Positions 9,134 to 17,430 of a stretch of 61,365 nucleotides of DNA are shown here, one piece after another. Source of the DNA: Eubacteriales bacterium (GTDB lineage Bacteria > Bacillota > Clostridia > Oscillospirales > SIG627). The stretch's first letter is position 1; each line of letters starts with the position of its first letter. Location of the stretch: positions 1 through 61,365 of the forward strand of contig JAZNRH010000044.1 of NCBI GenBank assembly GCA_045590615.1. Direction: 5' to 3'. The position numbers and the translations under genes were made by a program. The notes below the pieces were generated by a model. The model was not told the origin of the DNA, made no database searches, and saw only the letters and a program-made list of their open reading frames with translations.

Positions 9134-9189
9134 AGAAAAAAACTCCCTATTGCACAAAAATTCTTTGTTTATTTCTTACAATTTGTCAA

Positions 9190-9218
9190 TTGAAAAAGCT
9201 GTTTTTTTATGCTATAAT
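9190..9218 (+). promoter_or_regulatory. Near-consensus extended -10 promoter
   Basis: TTGAAA-N17-TGcTATAAT. Confidence 0.5.
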
Positions 9219-9224
9219 AAAGCC

Positions 9225-9597
9225 AGAAAGAAGGAAGGACGGTAAACTCCAATGAGAAGTTAAAAAAGACTTTTTCAATTACAGGTTCAAAAACAAAATC
9301 CGAACAGCTGAACATGAGAGCAATAAAAGCTCCGAATGAAAAAATTGATATAGAGTCGGATTGAACGGGCAATTGAAAACAAGTCAGGAAAAGCACTCTT
9401 CCCAAATACAGTTGCGCAGGTTTCATAATGTGGTTCTCCATAGAGAAAAAAGAGTTAAATGAACAGTTACACAAGAAAAAAGGGAAGGGTAGACAACAGA
9501 AAGAGAGGTCACGAAAAGTGTTAGATATCAAGAGTGAACAGAAGTGACCCTTAATTATGAATTTACAACTCATAGTTAAGGGTCATTTCTTTTTTTG
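9225..9597 (+). ncRNA. Candidate ~370-nt purine-rich transcript (non-coding or micro-ORF-bearing)
   Basis: Lies between the 9190..9218 promoter and the strong terminator at 9545..9597. The longest ATG ORF is 39 codons (9428..9547) and has no RBS. Confidence 0.25.
9545..9597 (+). terminator. Rho-independent terminator
   Basis: TGACCCTTAA...TTAAGGGTCA 10-bp stem followed by TTTCTTTTTTT. Confidence 0.75.
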
Positions 9598-9613
9598 TTT
9601 TGTGAGTTTATTA

Positions 9614-9642
9614 TTGACATTCGACATTTTTGGTGTTATACT
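9614..9642 (+). promoter_or_regulatory. Sigma-A-type promoter of the antiporter gene
   Basis: TTGACA-N17-TGtTATACT. It leaves a leader of about 135 nt before the ATG at 9784. Confidence 0.6.
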
Positions 9643-9783
9643 TTTGCTTGTGCAAGGAGATGACGAAATGTATTCTATCGGTGACAGTCTCCTCACACAC
9701 TCCTCTTTCAAGTTCTTGGGAGAAATGGAGAATGGTGCGAGCACCTTAAAGGCAAATCAGGATTAATCATCAGAGGTATAACT

Positions 9784-11061
9784 ATGGAAACGTTACTTAT
9801 TTTATCTATCGCGCTTTTTTCGGGCTTGATGCTTTCAAGAGTTGTAAAGCGCTTTCAGCTTCCGGCTGTTACGGCGTATCTTGTTGCAGGTATCATAATC
9901 GGTCCGTATCTTATCGGTGGACTCGGAGTTGAGGGACTCGGCTTCAATTCGCACGAGCAAATCAAGAGCTTTGGTATTATTTCGGACGTAGCTCTCGGCT
10001 TTATTGCCTTTTCAATCGGAAACGAATTCAGACTTGAAGAGCTGAAAAAGACGGGTAAGCAGGCTACGATAATAGGAATTTTTCAAGCAGTTTTAGCTAC
10101 CCTGCTCGTTGATGCTGCTTTAATTGGACTTCATTTTCTCATTCCCGACAAGCTGCCTCTTCCTTCGGCAATCGTGCTTGGTGCAGTAGCCTCGGCTACA
10201 GCCCCTGCAGCAACTCTGATGGTAGTGCGTCAGTATAAGTCAAAAGGACCTCTTACCAACATTCTTCTCCCTATAGTTGCGCTTGACGATGCTGTCGGAC
10301 TCATTCTTTTTGCAATTTCCTTTGGAGTTGCAAAGGCGTTGATTTCGGGAGCAATCGACCTTATTTCAGTAATCGTTGAGCCGATTGTAGAGGTTGTTGC
10401 CTCTCTTATTTTAGGTGCAGTAATGGGCTTTTTGTTCACCTATTTCGAGAGATTTTTCCACTCTCGTTCAAAGAGACTTTCAATGTCGGTCACCTTTGTG
10501 CTCCTTACGGTTGCGCTTTCGATGCTTGACTTTCATATATTCGGTATCCACGTTGCATTCTCGTCACTTCTCGTATGTATGATGTTGGGTACAATCTTCT
10601 GCAACTTCTGTGAGCTTTCCGAGGAGCTGATGGATAGAATTGACCGTTGGAGTGCGCCTCTTTTCGTATTGTTTTTCGTAATCAGCGGCGCAGAGCTTGA
10701 GCTTTCGATATTCAAGAGCCCGATCTTCGTGCTCATCGGAGTGGTATACATAATCTTCCGTTCTGCAGGAAAATATCTTGGTGCTTTTTTGAGTGCAAAA
10801 GCGACAGGGTGCGATGAAAATATTGTCAAGTATCTTGGCATAACCCTTCTTCCACAGGCAGGCGTTGCGCTCGGTATGGCAATCAAGGCAGAGGCGCTCG
10901 GAGAGCCCGGTGCAGTAGTTGCAAATATTACACTCTTCTCGGTGCTCATCTATGAGCTCGTAGGTCCGTATCTCACTAAGGTTGCGCTCACTAAGGCAGG
11001 AGAAATTCAGCCCGAGGGTAAGGTCAGCGCAAGAAATAAAGCCTTGGAAAATAAGAATTAA
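9784..11061 (+). CDS. Cation:proton antiporter (CPA-type Na+/H+ or K+/H+ exchanger family)
   Basis: 425 aa and about 12 TM segments. N-terminal LPAVTAYLVAGIIIGPY and the overall Kef/NapA-like layout. Confidence 0.8.
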   Translation: METLLILSIALFSGLMLSRVVKRFQLPAVTAYLVAGIIIGPYLIGGLGVEGLGFNSHEQIKSFGIISDVALGFIAFSIGNEFRLEELKKTGKQATIIGIFQAVLATLLVDAALIGLHFLIPDKLPLPSAIVLGAVASATAPAATLMVVRQYKSKGPLTNILLPIVALDDAVGLILFAISFGVAKALISGAIDLISVIVEPIVEVVASLILGAVMGFLFTYFERFFHSRSKRLSMSVTFVLLTVALSMLDFHIFGIHVAFSSLLVCMMLGTIFCNFCELSEELMDRIDRWSAPLFVLFFVISGAELELSIFKSPIFVLIGVVYIIFRSAGKYLGAFLSAKATGCDENIVKYLGITLLPQAGVALGMAIKAEALGEPGAVVANITLFSVLIYELVGPYLTKVALTKAGEIQPEGKVSARNKALENKN

Positions 11062-11111
11062 GATTAAAATTTAAGTCAATAATTTGGGTAGAAATTACTT
11101 TGGAGGAAGCT

Positions 11112-11681
11112 ATGAAGTATTTTTTACCCATTTTTTTCGCCCTTACGGTAATAACGGTGATGCTTGCGCCACAGAGCGACGAGTCGGATATGGCGAGAAT
11201 TCACGTTGTTGCAAATTCTGACAGCGAGAGGGATATCGAGATAAAGCTGAAGGTTGCTCGGCGAGTGAGAGAGCTTTTGAAAGACGAAAAATTCGATTCG
11301 CTTGACAGCATCAGAACGGGACTTGAAAAAAAGCTGGACACAATAAGGCTTGAAAGCGACAGAGTGCTCGGGGAGTGTGGCGCAGGCTATTCTACAACAG
11401 TTGAGCTGGGGGTGAGAAGCTTTGAGAGTAAAACGCTCGACGGCTCGCTCTATCCGGGTGGCGATTATCTTGCTCTTACTCTGACGCTTGGCAAGGGCGA
11501 GGGACACAATTGGTGGAGCGTTATTTTCCCCGACGTCAGTATGGGCGCATCTCTTGCACTCGGAGAGGAGGGGAGTGTTGGCAAAACGGTTATCCTCGGT
11601 GACAACAGGGTAGTCAAGCTGAGAAGTCTCCTTTTAGATATTGTTTACTTTATTTGTCTTGACAAAGATGTGGAAAAGTAG
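11112..11681 (+). CDS. spoIIR: Stage II sporulation protein R
   Basis: RIHVVANSDSERD...GEGHNWWSVIFP matches SpoIIR signature blocks. Start taken at the ATG after GGAGG. Confidence 0.8.
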   Translation: MKYFLPIFFALTVITVMLAPQSDESDMARIHVVANSDSERDIEIKLKVARRVRELLKDEKFDSLDSIRTGLEKKLDTIRLESDRVLGECGAGYSTTVELGVRSFESKTLDGSLYPGGDYLALTLTLGKGEGHNWWSVIFPDVSMGASLALGEEGSVGKTVILGDNRVVKLRSLLLDIVYFICLDKDVEK

Positions 11682-11718
11682 TAAAATATCTCTCAGTTTA
11701 ATAAAAGGATAGATTGCT

Positions 11719-13743
11719 ATGTTAAAAAAATTTCCAAAGCTTGAAAGAATACACAGCTTTTTTGCTTCGCACGGAGTTCTTTCTTGCTTTTTAATATCTC
11801 TTTTGACAAATCTTGCAATAGAAATGCTTTCGAGACATTCCTTTTTCGAGGGAATAAAGCATATCTTCATATCACCTCAGGTCTTTTTTTACAATTCGCT
11901 TGCCATATTCACCATTACCCTGATTGCCCTTTTTTTCAGAAAAAGAGCCTTTGCAGTCGCAGTCATTTTAGCGCCCTTTTTGTCTTTGGGTATAATCAAC
12001 TGCGCTGTGCTCGCCTATAGGGTGACACCCGTTTCGGCAACCGATTTCGTTAAGATAAAATCAATTTTCGGAATTTTCAACCTCTACCTTGAAGGCTGGG
12101 TGCTTGTGGCAATAGGGGTATTTGTTGTCGCAATAATACTACTTTACTTACTGATTTATAAAAAATCCGTCTTGAGAGAGAGGCGCGTCGTTCACGGAAT
12201 AGTGCTTCTGCCAACCTTTATAGTTCTGCTTGCACTTATATCAAATACTTTTATTTCGCAGGGCTATCTCTCAAAGAAGTTCACCAACCTCAACGATGCG
12301 TACGAGGATTACGGCTTTGTCTATTGCTTTTCGTGCAGTGTTTTTGATACCGGTATCGATAAGCCCGAAAATTACTCCGAGGAAAAGGTCAATACAATCC
12401 TTGACAAAATCAAGGCAGAGACCACTAATCAGCCCGAGCTGAAGCCAAACGTTATATTTCTTCAGCTGGAGTCCTTCTTTGACGTAAATGAAATAAATTC
12501 GCTTGAATACAGCGAAAACCCCATTCCCTGCTTTACATATCTCAAGGAGAATTATCCACACGGAGCTCTCAGAGTGCCCTATATCGGCTCGGGAACTGCC
12601 AACGTTGAATTTGAAATTATGACGGGAATGTCTCTTGATTACTTTGGACCGGGCGAGTATCCTTATAAAACCGTTTTGCAGACGACGGCTTGCGAGAGCA
12701 TTGCATTCAATCTCAAGGAGCTCGGTTACACAGCTCACGCAGTTCATAACCACAAGGGCTCGTTCTATGACAGAGCGCACGTATTTTCAAGCCTTGGTTA
12801 CGATACCTTTACCTGCCTTGAGTTTATGCAGAACGCCACCTATAATCCGATTGGCTGGGCAAACGATAGCGTATTGACCAAAGAAATCTTGAACTGCCTC
12901 GACTCCACGGACAATCAGGATTTCGTTTACGGAATAACCGTTCAGTCGCACGGTGTCTATTCACCCGAGGTATTGGAGAGCGTGGACTACATCTATGACG
13001 TTCGGATTGTTGATGAAACGACTCGTGTAAACGAGGTTGCCTTTGAATATTATCTCACTCAGCTCAGCGACGTTGATAGCTTTGTGTCCGAGCTCCTCGG
13101 CGAGCTTGATACTCGTGATGAAGAGACGGTAGTGGTTATCTACGGAGACCACCTTCCGTACTTTGCGTTGAGAGATGACGAAATGAAGGACGGTAACGTA
13201 TACGAAACCGAGTACGTCATCTGGTCAAACTATCCCCTTGAAGCAGAGGGCAAAGATTTATATTCATACGAGCTTTCGGCTCACGTGCTCTCTCAGCTTG
13301 GAATGAATAACGGACTTATTACCAAGCTTCATCAGAATTCACAGCGTGACGACGAGTACTTCGCTTCCCTTGAAACGCTTCAGTACGATATGCTCTACGG
13401 TGACAAGGAGTGCTATATCTACGATACAATCTACACTCCGTCGGAATTGAAGATGGGTGTAATTGATTTTGAAATAACCGATGTCAAGAACACCGAGGAG
13501 GGACTCAGAGTCTCGGGTCTCGGCTTTACCGAGTTTACCTGGCTCAAGGTCAACGGAGAAAAGCATCAGCCGGTTTACGTTGACGACTCCACGCTTTTGC
13601 TTCCCGAGTTCGAGATACTGTACGGTGACGTGATAAACGCCATTCAGACCAATGGAAAGCGAACAACCTTCACTACGAGTGAGCCCTTTGTTTTCGGCGA
13701 GGCATCCGAGTACAAGAACGTACCGGAGGATGTTCGGTCTTAA
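11719..13743 (+). CDS. LTA-synthase-family protein (N-terminal polytopic membrane domain plus extracellular sulfatase/alkaline-phosphatase-like domain)
   Basis: 674 aa. Five or so N-terminal TM segments followed by IFLQLESFFD...GSGTANVEFEIMTG...YGDHLP, which is LtaS/sulfatase-like. Confidence 0.75.
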   Translation: MLKKFPKLERIHSFFASHGVLSCFLISLLTNLAIEMLSRHSFFEGIKHIFISPQVFFYNSLAIFTITLIALFFRKRAFAVAVILAPFLSLGIINCAVLAYRVTPVSATDFVKIKSIFGIFNLYLEGWVLVAIGVFVVAIILLYLLIYKKSVLRERRVVHGIVLLPTFIVLLALISNTFISQGYLSKKFTNLNDAYEDYGFVYCFSCSVFDTGIDKPENYSEEKVNTILDKIKAETTNQPELKPNVIFLQLESFFDVNEINSLEYSENPIPCFTYLKENYPHGALRVPYIGSGTANVEFEIMTGMSLDYFGPGEYPYKTVLQTTACESIAFNLKELGYTAHAVHNHKGSFYDRAHVFSSLGYDTFTCLEFMQNATYNPIGWANDSVLTKEILNCLDSTDNQDFVYGITVQSHGVYSPEVLESVDYIYDVRIVDETTRVNEVAFEYYLTQLSDVDSFVSELLGELDTRDEETVVVIYGDHLPYFALRDDEMKDGNVYETEYVIWSNYPLEAEGKDLYSYELSAHVLSQLGMNNGLITKLHQNSQRDDEYFASLETLQYDMLYGDKECYIYDTIYTPSELKMGVIDFEITDVKNTEEGLRVSGLGFTEFTWLKVNGEKHQPVYVDDSTLLLPEFEILYGDVINAIQTNGKRTTFTTSEPFVFGEASEYKNVPEDVRS

Positions 13744-13779
13744 AATGTTTTTGATAAAGTATAATTTTTCAAAAAGGTA

Positions 13780-13808
13780 TTGACATTTTGTAAAACTTGT
13801 GCTATAAT
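13780..13808 (+). promoter_or_regulatory. Sigma-A-type promoter of the infC-rpmI-rplT operon
   Basis: TTGACA-N17-TGcTATAAT. Confidence 0.7.
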
Positions 13809-13814
13809 TCCTGA

Positions 13815-13952
13815 GTACAAAGAAGAAGAACGCTCCGTTCTCACCCGTCAGCAAATGAGCTCGACGCGGTTAATACAGAAATTAACAAGGGTGGACCTTG
13901 TGTTTGTGTGTGGAGTGTTTTTCTCCACACATTTTTTTCGGAGGTGTTTTAC
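13815..13952 (+). promoter_or_regulatory. L20-type leader with intrinsic attenuator
   Basis: A leader of about 140 nt ends in GTGTGGAG-loop-CTCCACAC plus T7 (13908..13938), immediately before the infC RBS. Its position matches the Firmicute L20 leader upstream of infC. Confidence 0.5.
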
Positions 13953-14480
13953 ATTAGCACGAAAGAACTTCTTATCAACGAAGAGATAAGAGCAGAAAAA
14001 ATGAGAGTAATCGGAGCAGACGGAAGTCAGCTTGGTATACTCAGCCGTAAGGATGCGCTTGCGCAGGCACATGAGGCAGGACTCGACCTGGTTGAAATGT
14101 CACCCAACGCAGAGCCACCCGTATGCAAGATAATGGATTATGGAAAGTTCCTTTACGAGCGTACCAAGAAGGAAAAGGAATCCAAGAAGAAGCGCACGGT
14201 GGTCGAGGTCAAGGAAATCAAGTTTTCTTGCAGAATTGACAAGCACGATTTTGAAACAAAGCTCAATCATGCAAAGAGATTTCTCGGTGACGGAAACAAG
14301 GTAAAGATTACGATAGTTTTCTCGGGACGTGAGATGAATCACACCGACAGAGGCTACGACCTGATGGCAAACATTAAGGAAGCTCTTGTTGATATTGGAG
14401 GAGCCGACAAAGCACCATCGCTTGACGGCAGATTTATGACCCTTGTAATATCACCAAAGAAACCGGACGAAGCAAAATAA
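13953..14480 (+). CDS. infC: Translation initiation factor IF-3, ATT start codon
   Basis: INEEIRAEKMRVIGADGSQLGI... is classic IF-3. GGAGGTG lies 6 nt before an in-frame ATT at 13953. The track's upstream start at 13908 sits inside the attenuator. Confidence 0.85.
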   Translation: MSTKELLINEEIRAEKMRVIGADGSQLGILSRKDALAQAHEAGLDLVEMSPNAEPPVCKIMDYGKFLYERTKKEKESKKKRTVVEVKEIKFSCRIDKHDFETKLNHAKRFLGDGNKVKITIVFSGREMNHTDRGYDLMANIKEALVDIGGADKAPSLDGRFMTLVISPKKPDEAK

Positions 14481-14501
14481 AATATTAAAGGAGATACAAT
14501 T

Positions 14502-14699
14502 ATGGGAAAAATTAAGAGCCATAAGGCTTCAGCAAAGAGATTTACACTCACAAAGAGTGGTAAGATGAAGATGAACCACATGGGACGTCGTCACAAGACA
14601 GGCAACAAGCCCGGAAAGCGTCTTAGAAGTCTTCGCAAGGCAGGATACATGAGCGAGTCAACAGCTCGTAACATTAAGACAATTCTTCCTTACGCATAA
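14502..14699 (+). CDS. rpmI: 50S ribosomal protein L35
   Basis: 65 aa, MGKIKSHKASAKRF. Confidence 0.95.
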   Translation: MGKIKSHKASAKRFTLTKSGKMKMNHMGRRHKTGNKPGKRLRSLRKAGYMSESTARNIKTILPYA

Positions 14700-14732
14700 G
14701 CTTGGAAGAAAGAAATTTAGGAGGATATTGAA

Positions 14733-15086
14733 ATGGCAAGAGTAAAGCGCGCGATGATGACTCGCAAGAGAAGAAATAAAGTTCTTAAGCTCGCAAAGGG
14801 CTACTGGGGTGCTAAGAGCAAGCACTTTAAGATGGCTAAGCAGCAGGTAATGAAGAGTGGTAACTATGCATTCGCAGGTAGAAAGAACAAGAAGAGAGAT
14901 TTCCGTTCTCTTTGGATTACACGTATTTCTGCACAGTGCAAGGTTAACGATATCAATTACTCAAGATTTATGAACGGTCTTAAGAAGGCAGGTATCGACC
15001 TCAACAGAAAGATGCTCTCTGAAATTGCTATCAGCGACAAGGAGGCTTTTGCTGCACTTGTTGAGAAGGCAAAGGCAGCCCTTTAA
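14733..15086 (+). CDS. rplT: 50S ribosomal protein L20
   Basis: 117 aa, [26 protein letters not shown]. Confidence 0.95.
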   Translation: MARVKRAMMTRKRRNKVLKLAKGYWGAKSKHFKMAKQQVMKSGNYAFAGRKNKKRDFRSLWITRISAQCKVNDINYSRFMNGLKKAGIDLNRKMLSEIAISDKEAFAALVEKAKAAL

Positions 15087-15099
15087 TAATAACTTTTGA

Positions 15100-15125
15100 G
15101 CCGTGACACTCTGTCACGGCTTTTT
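15100..15125 (+). terminator. Rho-independent terminator
   Basis: GCCGTGAC-ACTCT-GTCACGGC followed by TTTTT. Confidence 0.8.
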
Positions 15126-15144
15126 CAAAAGAAAGGAATAAGCT

Positions 15145-15741
15145 ATGAAAAAAATTTTTATAACCCTATTGATAGTAGCTATGTCATTTTCACTTTTAGC
15201 CTCTTGTGCCGATAAGGATACTATTCCCGAAAATGACGATATAATTTTGGAATACGACGACAGTCACGAGCGTAAGGCAGACGAGTCAATCGATTACTTT
15301 TTCTCGCTTCTTACCGAAAAGGGATACAGCAACTATATTTTAGCCTTCCCACCCGAATACCTTCGTGGTTATCAATTAGAGCTTGGCTATGACGACGCCA
15401 CCTTCAAGGAGGCTCTCGATAACGCAACCTACGCTTTTCATTCAAACCGTGACGTAACCTACGGTGGCTTGGAGTATCATATCGAATATGAGCTCGTTGA
15501 AGAGAAGGAATGGGAAATTTTAGATGCTACCGACCTTATAGGCGACCTCAGAGAATATTGCTATATGAAAACGAGCTCGATTACCAATGTTGTGGATAAG
15601 ACTTATTTCGTAAGAACCTACGGACTTGACACCGAGATGGGAGATATTTATTCCGAGGAGACCTCAAACGAGGTTGTTACAATGCTTTATATCGAGGGCG
15701 AGGGCTGGTACGTTTCACCTACCGAGCTCCAACTTCCTTAA
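15145..15741 (+). CDS. Hypothetical lipoprotein
   Basis: 198 aa with signal peptide and lipobox LLASC. No family recognised. Confidence 0.6.
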   Translation: MKKIFITLLIVAMSFSLLASCADKDTIPENDDIILEYDDSHERKADESIDYFFSLLTEKGYSNYILAFPPEYLRGYQLELGYDDATFKEALDNATYAFHSNRDVTYGGLEYHIEYELVEEKEWEILDATDLIGDLREYCYMKTSSITNVVDKTYFVRTYGLDTEMGDIYSEETSNEVVTMLYIEGEGWYVSPTELQLP

Positions 15742-15759
15742 CAGAAAAAGGAGAATAAA

Positions 15760-17247
15760 ATGAAAAGATTTTTGAGCATATTACTTGTTCTGGCTATGCT
15801 TCTTACTGCTTTTGCCCTTGTTGGATGTGGCGATAAGGAAGAGACTGAAGAGAAAAAAGAGAGCACTTCAAAAGAGGAAGATATAGAAGCAGCTCTTGAG
15901 AAGGGCGACATCTTTGCAGAGCGTGCAATTGTAGATGACGGACTTGACGACACTCTTGACTTCGGTGGTAAGACACTCCGTGTTGTATGTCATAACGACG
16001 GATACGAAATGTTTTCTGCCGAAGAGGATATAAACAAGGGCGACCTTATTAAAGACGCCAAGGCAACAAGAAATAAGGTAGTAGAGGACAAGCTTAACTG
16101 TAAAATCGAGCTTGTTTATAATGCTGGCATTACCGAGCTTCAGAACCACGTAACCAAAACCGTTATGTCGGGCACAGACGAGTTCGACCTCATTGTCGTT
16201 CACGTAAATACCAGCGCTGCAATGCTTACCAAGAATCTTTTTGTCAATTGGTATGACGTTCCTCACGTTGACTTTTCAAAGCCTTGGTGGGCAGAAACAA
16301 CGTCAACCGAGCTTACCTACGACGGAAAATGCCTCTTCGCAATTTCTGACCTCAACGCAACGGCAATTCTTTGCACCCGTGTTTTGTTCTTTAACAAGGC
16401 GCTTGCAAATTCATGGGATTTAGGTAATCTCTACGATATCGTCCTCAACGGCGATTGGACGTATGACGAATTTTACAGCAGAATCAAGGACGTATACATA
16501 GATTCAGACGGTTCGGGTGACCGTACAAAAGGCGACTTCTATGGCGCTTCAATGGCAATTGAGAGCACCAGCTGGCTTTGGAGCTTTGATAACCCCCTCA
16601 TAAAGAAGGACGTCGACGGAGTACCTCAGCTTGCTATCAAGACCGATAAAATCAACAATATCGTTCAGACAATCTACGATCTTTATACAAACACTACGGG
16701 TATGTGGTATATTCCATATGAGGAAGACTACAACGTTCACGATATCTTCCTCAACAGACAGAGTATCTTCTCTGAGACCTTCCTCAGTGCAGTTACTTTT
16801 TCGGGATACAGAAACTTTGAGGACGATTACGGAATTCTTCCTTATCCAAAGTGGGATGAATATCAGGACAGCTATTACTCTCACGTATACGGTGAGCACA
16901 CCGTTTCCACAATTCCCAAAACAGCGTCCTACAACCTTGAGTTTATCGGTGCTTGTGCCGAGGCGCTCTCCTACGAGTCGTGGAAAACTCTCACTCCCAC
17001 CATCTACGAAATCGCTCTTAAGACCCGTTACCTCAGAGACAACGAGTCAAAAGAGGTTCTTGATATAGTACTCGATAACCGTATCTTTGATTTCGGCTTC
17101 GTATACGGAGCCAGTGGCGCGTTAGGCAATACCCTTAGACAAGCTGTACGAACTGGCAGCCCTAACTTTGAGTCCTACTATTCCAAGAACTATAAGATGG
17201 CAGGCATAACGTTGAGGAAGATTCTGAAGATATTCGACAGATCCTGA
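15760..17247 (+). CDS. Lipoprotein, ABC-type extracellular solute-binding-protein-like (paralog 1 of 3)
   Basis: 495 aa with lipobox LVGC. Its size and blocks (KPWWA, NKALANSW...WTYDEF, YGILPYPKW) resemble LplA-like family-1 SBPs. No permease or ATPase gene is adjacent. Confidence 0.65.
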   Translation: MKRFLSILLVLAMLLTAFALVGCGDKEETEEKKESTSKEEDIEAALEKGDIFAERAIVDDGLDDTLDFGGKTLRVVCHNDGYEMFSAEEDINKGDLIKDAKATRNKVVEDKLNCKIELVYNAGITELQNHVTKTVMSGTDEFDLIVVHVNTSAAMLTKNLFVNWYDVPHVDFSKPWWAETTSTELTYDGKCLFAISDLNATAILCTRVLFFNKALANSWDLGNLYDIVLNGDWTYDEFYSRIKDVYIDSDGSGDRTKGDFYGASMAIESTSWLWSFDNPLIKKDVDGVPQLAIKTDKINNIVQTIYDLYTNTTGMWYIPYEEDYNVHDIFLNRQSIFSETFLSAVTFSGYRNFEDDYGILPYPKWDEYQDSYYSHVYGEHTVSTIPKTASYNLEFIGACAEALSYESWKTLTPTIYEIALKTRYLRDNESKEVLDIVLDNRIFDFGFVYGASGALGNTLRQAVRTGSPNFESYYSKNYKMAGITLRKILKIFDRS

Positions 17248-17287
17248 AAGCTTCTTCGTTTTATCAAAGCATTGCATTAATTGTAAC

Positions 17288-17335
17288 ACCCCGATGCCGA
17301 CGTATATATTATGTCGTCCTCGGGGCTTTTTATTT
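17288..17335 (+). terminator. Rho-independent terminator
   Basis: CCCCGA...TCGGGG hairpin followed by CTTTTTATTTT. Confidence 0.7.
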
Positions 17336-17430
17336 TCGCAAACGGGCATTTATATTAAAAATATTTTCTTGAAAAATTCACATTATTGTGGTACAATATA
17401 CACTGAGTATATATATAGAGGAATAAGCTG

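Noticed and set aside
9169-9573. 134-aa minus-strand ORF from the track, considered as a possible small membrane protein or toxin.
   Set aside because: Its Phe/Ser/Cys/Leu-rich composition is what the complement of purine-rich DNA yields automatically. Its listed start lies inside the plus-strand terminator hairpin with no RBS, and I found no convincing minus-strand promoter. Caveat: an internal ATG at 9435 has a GGAGAA RBS, and a minus-oriented terminator exists at 8991..9012, so it is not fully excluded.
8953-9783. Idea that the tRNA-adjacent 830-bp region with no accepted track ORF is a large ornate RNA (ROOL/GOLLD/OLE-like), since those often neighbour tRNAs.
   Set aside because: The region is AT- and purine-rich and shows little long-range complementarity. 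It is subdivided by several promoter and terminator signals. I cannot recall or match any conserved core of those RNAs, so a cmsearch is needed.
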